DNA from: an uncultured Gammaproteobacteria bacterium
Lineage (GTDB): Bacteria > Pseudomonadota > Gammaproteobacteria > UBA9214
NCBI GenBank assembly: GCA_963827755.1
Contig: CAWHCQ010000011.1
Location: 1-64,000, forward strand
Length of the DNA: 64,000 nucleotides
Direction: 5' to 3'
Position 1 is the stretch's first letter, and each line of letters begins with the position of its first letter. The translations under genes and the position numbers were made by a program. The notes beneath the pieces are model-generated. The model saw only the letters and a program-made list of their open reading frames with translations, made no database searches and was not told the origin of the DNA. Positions 10,792 to 20,650 of the stretch are shown in pieces.

Positions 10792-12651
10792 ATGGCCGGA
10801 CTGTCAACACCTCCACTGCGCTCTCTCGCTTGCCTGCTGACCGTCCTGCCGGGCCCGGTATGGGCTTCAAGCGGGGAACTGTCATCGCTGGTACACGACA
10901 TCGGTTTCTGCGTCGTGTTGGCAGGCGTGCTGGCGATAGCGTGTATCAGGGTGAAGATACCCGAGATAGCCGCCTTCCTTGTCGCCGGGGTGATCGTCGG
11001 CCCGGTGGGCGCGGGACTGGTAACCGATCCTTCCAATATCGAGACCATTTCCGAGCTCGGCCTGATATTACTGCTTTACCTGATCGGGCTTGAAATCGAT
11101 TTTCGCAAGTTACTGGCAAGTGGCCGAATCCTGATCATTACCGGCTTTCTGCAATACCCGTTGAGTATCCTGTTTGGCATGACAGCCGCCTGGCTGCTTG
11201 CCGGACTCGGTGTGGGCGGGGAGATGCTGACGACCGGGTATGCGCCGCTGTATATCGGTTTTGTGTGTGCGGCGTCTTCAACCCTGCTGGTTGTGAAATT
11301 GTTCCAGCAGAATTTCCAGCTGGATACCGAGGTCGGGCGTGTCGCACTGGGCCTGTTGATCTTCCAGGATATCTGGGCAATCGGTGTCATCGCGATCCAG
11401 CCCAACTTTTCTGCACCTGCATCAGGCCCGATCCTGTTGTCCTTTCTTGGTATTGCACTACTGGCATCAGTGGCAGCCCTGGTTGCGAAGTATATTATTC
11501 CTATCGGCTTTAGATGGATTGCCAAGCTGCCCGAACTCATCTTCGTGGCGTCGCTGTCCTGGTGCTTCCTGATCGTGCTGCTGGGTATTAACCTCGACAC
11601 GATAACACTGGCTCTCTTCGGTTTCAGCCTGCACCTGAATGTCGGCGCCGAGATGGGCGCACTGATTGCCGGCGCGACGATTGCAAGTTTGCCCTACAGC
11701 ATGGACATCGTTAGCAAGGTCAGTGTCGTCAAGGATTTCTTCATCACCCTGTTTTTCGTTGGTCTCGGCATGAGCATCCCCATGCCGGATGGCGCCGGCG
11801 TAATAATCCTGGCTTTTTTGATGGCGCTGATCGCGCTGCTGGCGCGTTATGTGATTTTCTTTCCCCTGCTCTATTTTACCGGGCTGGATCGCCGCAACTC
11901 CATGGTGGCATCGGTACGACTTGCGCAGATTTCCGAGTTCAGCCTGGTCATCGGATTCCTCGGTGTCCAGCTCGGGCACATCAGCAGCGAGCTGAATAGC
12001 GCGATTATCTTTGCATTCGTTATAACCGCACTGATTACGCCGGTGTTTTACCAGCAGGCGGATGCCATTCACGAGCGCCTGTCAGGCCTGCTGAAGCATC
12101 TCGGCTTCAAGGAGCCGGAAAGCAAAACAGCCGGGGAAGAGGAGTCATACAGCCTGGCCCTGCTTGGTTTTCACCGCATTACTTCATCATTGTTACATGA
12201 ACTGAAAACCAGGCATCCCGGGTTACTCGCAGACACACTGGTTGTGGACTTCAATGTAAATATCCACAGCCGGATCGCAGCAATGGGTCCCACGGTCCGC
12301 TATGGCGATCTGTGTAACCCCGAGACCCTGCATCATGCCGGCGTTGACAAGGCAAAGGTCATTGCCTGTACGGTCCCGGACGATGTCTTGAAGGGCACGA
12401 CCAATCTGAATATTGTCGTGGCTGCGCGTCATGTCAATCCCGATGCGGTGATCATTGCCAATGCGATCCTGCTCGAAGACAGCAAGAAGCTGTACGAGGC
12501 GGGCGCCGACTACGTCTTTCTGCAGCGCGTTGAAACGGCGAGGGCGGTCGAGCAGGCGATAGCGCAGGCGCTGTCCGGCGGCATCAGGGAACACCGCGCT
12601 GCCATCGAGGCGGCAGTTGGCGAGTGGCATACACGTGACGAGGTATTGTAG
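10792..12651 (+). CDS. CPA2-family cation:proton antiporter with C-terminal RCK/TrkA-N-like domain
   Basis: About 12 hydrophobic segments; [36 protein letters not shown]; cytoplasmic YGDLCNPETLHHAGV...AGADYV. Confidence 0.88.
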   Translation: MAGLSTPPLRSLACLLTVLPGPVWASSGELSSLVHDIGFCVVLAGVLAIACIRVKIPEIAAFLVAGVIVGPVGAGLVTDPSNIETISELGLILLLYLIGLEIDFRKLLASGRILIITGFLQYPLSILFGMTAAWLLAGLGVGGEMLTTGYAPLYIGFVCAASSTLLVVKLFQQNFQLDTEVGRVALGLLIFQDIWAIGVIAIQPNFSAPASGPILLSFLGIALLASVAALVAKYIIPIGFRWIAKLPELIFVASLSWCFLIVLLGINLDTITLALFGFSLHLNVGAEMGALIAGATIASLPYSMDIVSKVSVVKDFFITLFFVGLGMSIPMPDGAGVIILAFLMALIALLARYVIFFPLLYFTGLDRRNSMVASVRLAQISEFSLVIGFLGVQLGHISSELNSAIIFAFVITALITPVFYQQADAIHERLSGLLKHLGFKEPESKTAGEEESYSLALLGFHRITSSLLHELKTRHPGLLADTLVVDFNVNIHSRIAAMGPTVRYGDLCNPETLHHAGVDKAKVIACTVPDDVLKGTTNLNIVVAARHVNPDAVIIANAILLEDSKKLYEAGADYVFLQRVETARAVEQAIAQALSGGIREHRAAIEAAVGEWHTRDEVL

Positions 12652-12763
12652 GTCGGGACAATGAGTGCCGCGACGGACCCGGCAGGGGTACGCCTGGTCC
12701 TTCATGCCGGATCCGCTGCGCTTGATCAGGTCTGCACGATAACGGCGTTTACAAGGCGTGTTC

Positions 12764-13795
12764 TCAGCTGAAAGGGCTGGCCAGTGGTTCGCCGATGAAT
12801 ACGCCCTGTCCCGGCATCTCGACACTCTTCCAGTAGGACTCTATCAACGTCTCGCCGTTCAGGTAGCGGTTGATGAGGATGTTCGGGCGCGGAAACTTCT
12901 CCACAAACGAACAGGGCTCCACGACAGCGCCATAGCTACCGGTTGCACCGGCCTGCAGCCACTGCAGGCTGTTCGTTTGCCGGCTGCCGCTCAGTACGCC
13001 GCCCGCTGAAGTCAGGTGATCTGCAATGGCGCCGGGCAGGAAACGATTGGTAGCAATATCCTGGACGTTTGCCAGCCCGGTGAAATAAAACATCACGTCG
13101 TTCCTGTACTTTAGTATGTTGTGCCGGACCAGCTTCAGGTTGAAGCGGTCCGACTGCATCAGCAGTATTCCCTGGTAGTAGCGAGCGCGTGCATTCCGCG
13201 CCCTGTCGGTTGTGCTGACAAGATAGCCGGTGCCTTTCGGGTTTGTTTGATCGGCTGTAACACCCCGGTCAATCAGGGCCTGTACGTCTTCAAGGGATTC
13301 GCCTGCCAGCATGATTGCCGGACGCCAGCCAAAATCATCAAAAGGGCGGCGGCTGTCGCTGTCGAAATACGGACTCTTCCGGGTAAGCTTGCAGCCCTGT
13401 ACGCAGAATGCGTCACTGAATCCGGCTGCAAATGCCGTGGTAATCGACATGCAGCCCACCCGGTACGGGATCATCCAGGTGAGGGCGTAGGCCTGTACAT
13501 TCTCCGCTGTTGCCGCATCGACTTCAGCCTTCAGCTTCCTGAAGACCTCCGGACGCATGACGCGTTCACCCGGTTCAAAACGGACATGTATCAGGTTTTC
13601 TGCGGGGATGCGGCGTTTTTCCAGGTAATAGTCTGCGATTTTCCTGCTTTCCGGATCAGCATCGTTGACGATCACGCCAAGGTTCTGCGGGCCGAACTGC
13701 TCGATTGGCAGGGGATCGCGAGGTTGCGGTTCGTTGTTACATGCAGACAGTTGCAGGAGCAGGGTGAGCAGGACTGCGCTTCCAATAGCACGCAT
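12764..13795 (-). CDS. TIGR03790-family lipoprotein
   Basis: Lipobox LSAC; VIVNDADPESRKIADYY..RRIP..N; FLPGAIADHLTSAGG; GATGSYGAVVEPC; GVFIGEPLASPF. Confidence 0.8.
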   Translation of the reverse strand: MRAIGSAVLLTLLLQLSACNNEPQPRDPLPIEQFGPQNLGVIVNDADPESRKIADYYLEKRRIPAENLIHVRFEPGERVMRPEVFRKLKAEVDAATAENVQAYALTWMIPYRVGCMSITTAFAAGFSDAFCVQGCKLTRKSPYFDSDSRRPFDDFGWRPAIMLAGESLEDVQALIDRGVTADQTNPKGTGYLVSTTDRARNARARYYQGILLMQSDRFNLKLVRHNILKYRNDVMFYFTGLANVQDIATNRFLPGAIADHLTSAGGVLSGSRQTNSLQWLQAGATGSYGAVVEPCSFVEKFPRPNILINRYLNGETLIESYWKSVEMPGQGVFIGEPLASPFS

Positions 13796-13804
13796 GCCGG
13801 TTGC

Positions 13805-14842
13805 TTATCGCTGACCTGCCCTGAAATCGACCATGCGCTGGGTGGAGCGTAGTGCACGCACCCTGATGTCTTCGGGAACAAGAATTTCGTTGCTGCCGTT
13901 TCGCAGGACCGCAGCCAGGTTGCGCAGGTGGTTCATGGCCATCCACGGGCAATGGGCACAGCTTTCGCAGGTCGCACCTTCACCCGCAGACGGGGCTTCC
14001 ATGAAGATCTTGTCCGGTGCCGCCTGTTTCATCTTGTAGAAAATGCCATTGTCGGTGGCCACGATGAAGCGCTTGTTGGGAAGTGATTTTGCCGCGTTGA
14101 TCAGCTGTGTGGTGGAACCGACAACATCAGCCAGTTCAACCACCGTCTCGGGTGATTCCGGGTGTACGAGGATAGCGGCATCCGGATACTGGCGTGACAG
14201 GTTTTTCAGGGCCTCTGCCTTGAAGCGTTCGTGCACGATGCAACTGGCCTGCCACAGCAGCATGTCTGCGCCGCTGATCTTCTGCACATACTTGCCAAGA
14301 TAACGATCGGGTGCCCAGAGAATCTTTTTGCCTTGCTCGTCGAGATACCTGACGACGTCAACGGCAATGCTCGATGTGACCACCCAGTCGGCGCGCGCCT
14401 TCACCTCGGCACAGGTATTCGCATAGACGACGACCGTACGGTCCGGGTGGGCGTCACAAAAGGGAATGAACTTTTCGGGCGGGCAGCCGAGATCAAGTGA
14501 GCATTCTGCCTGCAGTGTTGGCATCAGCACCCGTTTTTCCGGGTTGAGTATTTTTGCGGTCTCGCCCATAAAGCGGACACCGGCGACGATCAGTGTGCTG
14601 GCCGGGTGCTGGTGGCCGAAGCGCGCCATTTCAAGCGAATCGGCGACGGTCCCGCCGGTCTCGTCGGCAATCATCTGCAAATCCTCGTCGGTGTAGTAAT
14701 GGGCAACGAGGACGGCATCCTTTTCTTTCAGCAGTTCCCTGATTTCGCTGATCAGCGCTTCGCGCTCGCCGGGCGCATAGTCCGGCCGGGCGACGCTCCC
14801 GGGCAGGGGGTAGAGCGGTTCCTGAAGAATGGGTGCGGTCAT
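13805..14842 (-). CDS. nadA: Quinolinate synthase A
   Basis: [55 protein letters not shown]. Confidence 0.97.
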   Translation of the reverse strand: MTAPILQEPLYPLPGSVARPDYAPGEREALISEIRELLKEKDAVLVAHYYTDEDLQMIADETGGTVADSLEMARFGHQHPASTLIVAGVRFMGETAKILNPEKRVLMPTLQAECSLDLGCPPEKFIPFCDAHPDRTVVVYANTCAEVKARADWVVTSSIAVDVVRYLDEQGKKILWAPDRYLGKYVQKISGADMLLWQASCIVHERFKAEALKNLSRQYPDAAILVHPESPETVVELADVVGSTTQLINAAKSLPNKRFIVATDNGIFYKMKQAAPDKIFMEAPSAGEGATCESCAHCPWMAMNHLRNLAAVLRNGSNEILVPEDIRVRALRSTQRMVDFRAGQR

Positions 14843-14927
14843 GACGGCTGCCTTCCAGGTCTTGCCAGGTACGATGGCTCAAGTATACAGGCTGATTGTC
14901 TGCCGGGACGAGGGTCTGGCGCGGGCC

Positions 14928-15326
14928 TCAGGCGGGCGTATCCCGTTCTTCTGCTGTGGTTTTGCGGCTGATCTGCTTGAGGTAATAAGAGGCCTCCTCG
15001 TCACCCTGGCTGGCTGCTTTGCGGAACCAGGTACTGGCCTTCTTGTAGTCGCAGGGAACCCCCTGGCCATGGTAGTACATCATGCCGAGGTTGCTTTGCG
15101 CGTCGACAAAACCCTTTTCAGCGGCCTTCCGGTACCAGCCTGCGGCAGTGGCGAGGTCCTTGTCCACGCCGGCGCCTTCATCGTACATGACACCCAGGTT
15201 GAACTGTGCCTCGACATCACCCAGTTCCGCCAGCGGCAGCCATTCTTCATAGGCTGCCTCGTAGTCGCCTTTCAGGTAGGACTGGTAACCACCACCGAGG
15301 ATGGTCCATGTCGGGATGCCGGCCAT
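14928..15326 (-). CDS. Sel1-like repeat (TPR) protein
   Basis: AQFNLGVMYDEGAGVDKD...AQSNLGMMYYHGQGV...WFRKAASQG; start codon uncertain. Confidence 0.88.
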   Translation of the reverse strand: MAGIPTWTILGGGYQSYLKGDYEAAYEEWLPLAELGDVEAQFNLGVMYDEGAGVDKDLATAAGWYRKAAEKGFVDAQSNLGMMYYHGQGVPCDYKKASTWFRKAASQGDEEASYYLKQISRKTTAEERDTPA

Positions 15327-15534
15327 CAGGGATGTGGCAGGCGCTGGTAACTGACTTGCATGGTCATCATTCTAATAAATTAACGGGCATAATGTATAGC
15401 CATTGTTGGGTAGGCTTCATAAAATGGCAGCAGGCCCTGGTACTGAACCGGCACAAGGCGCTGTCAGTTATTGTTGATTGCAGATATGCTGGTTCAGCTT
15501 TTTCTTCTAACCGTATGATATATGGACGCAGTAT

Positions 15535-15942
15535 ATGTACCGGGTAGCGAAATCAGTCTCTTTTTGTTACGGCCATCGATTGCTCAATTATGCAGGCAAG
15601 TGCCAGCACCTGCATGGCCATAATGCGCGCGCTGTGATTACACTCGAGAGCAGCTCACTGGATGAGCGCGGCATGGTAGAGGACTTCAGCGAGGTCAAGC
15701 GACTGGTCTGGTCGTGGCTGGATGAAGAAATCGATCACACCATGCTGATGCACCGCGATGATCCGCTGTTGCAGGTATTGCGTGATGCCGGTGAGCGCGT
15801 CAGGGTTACGGACGAGAATCCGACGGCGGAAGTCATTGCGCGCATGATCTTTGAATACGTGGCCGGTAATGGCTACCCGGTAACCGAGGTTACCCTGTGG
15901 GAGACGGAAACGAGCTATGCCAGCTACCGACCCGGTAGCTAG
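15535..15942 (+). CDS. queD: 6-carboxy-5,6,7,8-tetrahydropterin synthase
   Basis: FCYGHRL...CQHLHGHN, GMVEDF, DH, NPTAE, LWET. Confidence 0.9.
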   Translation: MYRVAKSVSFCYGHRLLNYAGKCQHLHGHNARAVITLESSSLDERGMVEDFSEVKRLVWSWLDEEIDHTMLMHRDDPLLQVLRDAGERVRVTDENPTAEVIARMIFEYVAGNGYPVTEVTLWETETSYASYRPGS

Positions 15943-15950
15943 CCAGGGGG

Positions 15951-17000
15951 GTGCCTGTGAGGCGCATGATTGCCTGTTATTTTACTGTCCTGCTGCTGTC
16001 TGTCGCGGCCGGCGCGGCAATGGCTGCCGGGCTTGACAAGGCCGACAGTGATTTTCCCCTGTTCGACGATCAACCGCTGGCGGAACCCTTGTCTTTCCCC
16101 GACTGGTTCAAGCTCAGCTTCCTTGACCTTCGGGAAGATCTGGAGGAGGCGACGCAGGCGGGCAAGCAGGGGATTATTGTCTACTTCGGGCAGAAGTACT
16201 GCGCCTACTGCAAGCAATTTCTGCAGGACCTCGGCAAGGAAGACATCCATCTCTACATGCAGCAACACTTTGATGTTATCGGTACGGATATCCATGGTTA
16301 CCGAATGGTCACTGACATGGCCGGTAATGAAATGGTTGAAAACCGCTTTGCCACGCAGGAAAAAACCAATTTCACACCGGCCGTGGTGTTTTACGGCAAG
16401 GATGGCCAGGAAGCCCTGCGGTTGAGGGGTTATTATCCCCCGTACCGCTTTCGTGCGGCACTGGAATACGTGGCTGACGGCCATTACCGCCGGGAGCCGT
16501 TCAGGGAGTATCTGGAGAGGGCCGGTGTGCCACTGGTGTTCGAGCCGGGCGATCTCAGTGAGGAGGATTTTTTTATCCCTGGCCCATATATGCTGGAGCG
16601 CAGCCGGTTTTCGGGAGAACGGCCGCTGGTGGTATTTTTCGAGCAGGGTGAGTGTCACGCCTGTGACGTTCTGCATACCGGCCCCCTGCAAGACCCGGAG
16701 ATCAGGACACGGCTCAGGCAAATGGAAAATGTGCAGTTATCCTTCTGGGCGGATACGCCGGTAATTACCCCGGCAGGTGAACGCACCACGGCGAAGCAGT
16801 GGGCGGCGAAGCTGGGTTTGTTTTATACGCCTACGCTGGTTGTTTTTGACAGCGGTGGCAACGAGATCATCCGCATAGACTCGGTGGTGCAGTTCTACCG
16901 CTTGCGCAATGTGCTTGATTACATCCTCAGCGGCGGCTACCGGGACTACGACACCTTTCAGAAGTGGCGCGAGATACGCCATCTGCCGGTATACAAGTAA
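15951..17000 (+). CDS. Periplasmic tandem thioredoxin-fold protein (SoxW-like)
   Basis: Signal peptide; PDWFKLSFLDLREDL; two CxxC motifs (CAYC, CHAC); FTP/YTP cis-Pro loops. Confidence 0.8.
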   Translation: MPVRRMIACYFTVLLLSVAAGAAMAAGLDKADSDFPLFDDQPLAEPLSFPDWFKLSFLDLREDLEEATQAGKQGIIVYFGQKYCAYCKQFLQDLGKEDIHLYMQQHFDVIGTDIHGYRMVTDMAGNEMVENRFATQEKTNFTPAVVFYGKDGQEALRLRGYYPPYRFRAALEYVADGHYRREPFREYLERAGVPLVFEPGDLSEEDFFIPGPYMLERSRFSGERPLVVFFEQGECHACDVLHTGPLQDPEIRTRLRQMENVQLSFWADTPVITPAGERTTAKQWAAKLGLFYTPTLVVFDSGGNEIIRIDSVVQFYRLRNVLDYILSGGYRDYDTFQKWREIRHLPVYK

Positions 17001-17046
17001 CAGAATCTGGAAGGCAAGGGTGGGACTTGCCTGGAAGTATCATGGA

Positions 17047-17548
17047 TTAACCGTCTGCAACCCCGGGGTTTCTGTGCTCTTCCAGAATTTCAGCCAGTTC
17101 ATTCAATTCATCCGCCAGGTCTTTCAGTTCATCGTTTCTTCGCAGGGTTATGCGACTTGAGTAAAGCCCTTCTTTCAATGCCTTGATATGACGATTGATG
17201 GTTACCGTGGGCCCGATCATCCTGTGGGTGTATACGATCGTGACCACTGCCACCAGTATCACGTACCCGATGAGCAGCATCACAGATGATTCCATGAAGT
17301 TGCTTCACCTGCTCACTGATGGTCTTGTGCAGGTAAGTTCCCTGCGTTGTATTTTCGAGCATCATCATATACAGCTGCTCAAAGTAAAAGTAGCCAAGCA
17401 GCATGGCCAGCGCCCCGAATGTGAATGACAGAAAAAGTATATACAGGGGGAGTTTTATTTGCAGCATGGGTCTTAGCAGGAGATTGCGTGCCTTGCGACG
17501 CTCATCATTGCCAAGTATTTTAAGAACAGCCATGAAATGGTTTGTCAT
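17047..17548 (-). CDS. Small 2-TM membrane protein with C-terminal HAMP-like domain; frameshifted near 17300
   Basis: ORF 17129-17548 gives RRKARNLLLRPMLQIK plus TM1; ORF 17047-17295 gives TM2 plus THRMIGP...LRRNDELKDLADELNELA. Confidence 0.65.
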
Positions 17549-17946
17549 TGAATAATCTCCGGCACATCACACCAGTAAGTCGTCAAGCGGTTCCTGGCGG
17601 GTATGGTCAGTGGTATGTACCTTCATATATCGCTATCCGTCATGGAAACTTTAGCCCTTCTTGAAATGGTGTAAAAATAATGTGACCTCCGTCATATTTC
17701 CCCTGCCATGGGGCTTTCTCGCCCGGGATTGATGCCGGACATGTCTGTCTTTTGCTTCCAATAGCCTCTTTCGGGCTATCCCGTTGTTGGCACTGCAGAA
17801 ATAGCCCGGAGTGCCGATAAATGTATAGCCGATAATGGGCGTGGCTTGCGCCTGCCATGCATGTATGCAGGAATTTCCTGTTTATGGGATTTGCATCACG
17901 TTAAATGATGTATCGGCCATAGATGATAGGTACGAGGTAATGAATT

Positions 17947-18495
17947 ATGCATAACCTACCAAGGCAGGCAGGACTGACACTGGTTGAACTGCTGGTGACA
18001 ATGGCGGTGCTGGTTATCCTGGCCGCGTTCGGCATCCCCAGTTTTCAGTCCCACCTGAAGGACAATCGAAGGATTACAGAGATAAACGAGTTGGTGAGTG
18101 CAATGAACCTGGCGCGTAGCGAGGCAACCAAGGGTAACGGCAAGGTCGCGCTTTGTGCCAGCGCTGACGGTGCGGCATGCGGCGGTGGAACCTTCGATGC
18201 AGGCTGGATCGTGTTTGTAAACAGCGATGGTGACGAACCACCCGTCGCTGATGGTGGTGAGACGGTGCTTCGCTCTCATAGCGGGTTGACGAGTCCCGGT
18301 TCCAGCCTGCGTGCCTATGGCGCAATCGGGGCTGGTGTGAATTTCCTGGCATCAGGCAGGCCTTCTGCCTTTGGTGATATCACCTACTGTGATGACCGCG
18401 GCGCAGGGCACGCACGGAGTGTGGTGTTGAGCCTGGTCGGGGTTATCAAGGCCTCCGGGGTGCACAGCGATGGTTCTGCCTTGTCATGTCCATAA
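17947..18495 (+). CDS. fimT: GspH/FimT-family minor pilin
   Basis: Prepilin motif AG|LTLVELLV; ARSEA; GWIVF. Confidence 0.85.
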   Translation: MHNLPRQAGLTLVELLVTMAVLVILAAFGIPSFQSHLKDNRRITEINELVSAMNLARSEATKGNGKVALCASADGAACGGGTFDAGWIVFVNSDGDEPPVADGGETVLRSHSGLTSPGSSLRAYGAIGAGVNFLASGRPSAFGDITYCDDRGAGHARSVVLSLVGVIKASGVHSDGSALSCP

Positions 18496-18995
18496 TGATG
18501 AAAGCAATGAAAACACAGCGAAAACAGACGGGAATAACACTGCTCGAAGTTATGATTGCCGTGTTTGTTTTGTCCGTCGGCCTGCTTGGACATTCGAAAA
18601 TCCAGGCGCTGGGGGTGCGCGCGAGTACCGATGCAAATCTGCGCACGCAGGCAACCTATCTGCTCAGCGAGATGATGGAGCGTCTGCGTGCAAACCGTCC
18701 TGCAGCAGACAGTAATTACTATGCAACGATCGACTACGCATCTATTGATTGTGCCGCTTCACCGGCAAAAATATGCAGCGAAGGCACGGCAGGAAGTGCA
18801 GTGGAATGCAATGCAGGCGAGATTGCGGACGAGGATGCGAGACACTGGTTCTGCGATGTGCAGCGTACGATGCCGAACGGGAACGTCTCGATTGGTGTGA
18901 CGGCGGCTGTGTATTCCATCCAGGTCAGCTGGGACGGTCTGGACGAAGACGGCAGTACCGTGAGCAGGAGTGTCTCGGCGGCATTCATACCCTAG
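18495..18995 (+). CDS. pilV: Type IV pilus minor pilin PilV
   Basis: TG|ITLLEVMIAVFVLSVGLLG; RTQAT...EMMERLRAN; TAATG overlap with fimT. Confidence 0.88.
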   Translation: MMKAMKTQRKQTGITLLEVMIAVFVLSVGLLGHSKIQALGVRASTDANLRTQATYLLSEMMERLRANRPAADSNYYATIDYASIDCAASPAKICSEGTAGSAVECNAGEIADEDARHWFCDVQRTMPNGNVSIGVTAAVYSIQVSWDGLDEDGSTVSRSVSAAFIP

Positions 18996-19004
18996 GAAAC
19001 GTCT

Positions 19005-19724
19005 ATGCGGGAAAGAGGATTTACACTGGTTGAAATGATGATTGCCATGGTAATGGGCACGGTCCTGATTGCCGGGGTCCTGAGCGTGTTTCTGGGTACC
19101 AAGCAGAGTTACCGGATGGGACAGGGCATGACGCTGATGCAATCGACGGGAAGGGCCCTGCTGGGTTTTATGTCGCGCGAGCTGTCGATGGCCGGATTCC
19201 CGCAGGCGAGCGGCATTGAATCATTTATTCCTGCCATGACGACAGACGGTGGCGGCAGCAACAGTGACCGGGTGGCGATCCGTTATCGCAGCACTGCCGA
19301 TTGCATGGGGAATGCAACCCCTGTCTATGCAGATGGAGTGCAGTATGCGAAGAACATGTACTTTATCGAGGATAACGCACTTGTTTGTCGCACCCTGGCA
19401 GAGGATGACTCCACGCTTGCCGAGGCCGCCATCATACAGGGGGTTGAGAATATGCAGCTGCTCTACGGCGAGGATACCATTGTCGCCGATTCAGTGACCA
19501 ATGCTACGAAATATGTAACAGCAGGAAACGTCAGCAACTGGAATGATGTTGTCAGTGTGAGGCTGGGTTTCCTGGTGAATTCACAGGGCGATATTTCCAC
19601 CTCCGATGACGAGGTTGCCTATGACCTTCAGGGACAGTCACAGATAGCGGCAGCGAATGACCATATGCGGCGACGCGCCTGCTCCGCAACCGTGGTAATC
19701 AGGAACAGGATGCAGGGATCATGA
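19005..19724 (+). CDS. pilW: Type IV pilus minor pilin PilW
   Basis: RG|FTLVEMMIA; GVENMQLLYGED; WNDVVSVRL. Confidence 0.88.
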   Translation: MRERGFTLVEMMIAMVMGTVLIAGVLSVFLGTKQSYRMGQGMTLMQSTGRALLGFMSRELSMAGFPQASGIESFIPAMTTDGGGSNSDRVAIRYRSTADCMGNATPVYADGVQYAKNMYFIEDNALVCRTLAEDDSTLAEAAIIQGVENMQLLYGEDTIVADSVTNATKYVTAGNVSNWNDVVSVRLGFLVNSQGDISTSDDEVAYDLQGQSQIAAANDHMRRRACSATVVIRNRMQGS

Positions 19725-20212
19725 TGCCGGCCGGTTTCACTGCAATATCTTCGTCGATGCCCTGTGCCTGGCGGCAATCAGGCGCCGTACTGTTCGTCAG
19801 TATCATCATGTTATTACTGATCTCGATCATAGGTGTTGCAGGAATCCGCAGCGTCGTTCTGGAAAAGAACATGGCGACCAATAACCAGTACGAGATGCTG
19901 GTATTCCAGGGCACAGAGTCGGCTATCGAGGGTGTCATGGCTGATGATGATGCGTTTGTGGAGGCTATCAATACGGCAATCGGTGCGTCTCCACCAACAC
20001 GCAGTTTTACGCTGGACCATAGTAACTACAGTTTCAGCATTACCAGCGGTGCGACTATTTCTGCCGGAACACCGGATGTGGCCCTCGGGTACAGTCTCGG
20101 AGAATTTGTAAGTTATCCATTTACAATCACCAGTTCGTCCGCGATAGCTTCGATCAATGCATCCGATACGCATGTTCAGACGGCGAGCAAAATTGCTCCG
20201 TACCTGTTTTAG
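19721..20212 (+). CDS. pilX: Type IV pilus minor pilin PilX
   Basis: QSG|AVLFVSIIMLLLISIIG (no Glu5, typical of PilX); LEKNMATN; position in the cluster. Confidence 0.8.
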   Translation: MMPAGFTAISSSMPCAWRQSGAVLFVSIIMLLLISIIGVAGIRSVVLEKNMATNNQYEMLVFQGTESAIEGVMADDDAFVEAINTAIGASPPTRSFTLDHSNYSFSITSGATISAGTPDVALGYSLGEFVSYPFTITSSSAIASINASDTHVQTASKIAPYLF

Positions 20213-20304
20213 CCCCGAGAGTAAAAAGGGGTCCTGTGGTGGAAACTGATGTTACATATGAAAAACGATGCGCACCGGTCTGGCATGGTGCAAGGAGAAG
20301 GGTT

Positions 20305-20619
20305 ATGCATATTTTTAGCAGAGCGGTTTTGCTCATGGCAATGACGGTGTGCGGAGCTGCGCAGGCGGAACTCATAAATTACCAGGAGGCGATCGAGGCG
20401 TCTGAAATCAGTGTCTCCGCCTGGTCCCCCGGCAAGGGCCATGTCATGGCGAGGAGCTGCAGTTCCTGCAAGCAGCTGAAGCTGGAAATCACACCCGCAA
20501 CGGTCATCCTGCTGAACGGGGAGCGTGTTTCAGCCGGAAATAAAATCAGTCGGCACTGGTCCGGTGGGCTCGTGATTTACGACGTTGAGACAAAACAGGT
20601 AGTGAAGCTGGAACTCTAG
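20305..20619 (+). CDS. Small secreted hypothetical protein with CxxC in the minor pilin operon
   Basis: RBS aggag; signal peptide ending AQA; CSSC. Confidence 0.7.
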   Translation: MHIFSRAVLLMAMTVCGAAQAELINYQEAIEASEISVSAWSPGKGHVMARSCSSCKQLKLEITPATVILLNGERVSAGNKISRHWSGGLVIYDVETKQVVKLEL

Positions 20620-20650
20620 CGGCTACGGTTTATAAAGAGAGGTTTTGCTG

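Noticed and set aside
17549-17946. sigma54 promoter candidates (tggcac..., tggctt...gc) upstream of fimT
   Set aside because: The GG-N10-GC spacing is not satisfied.
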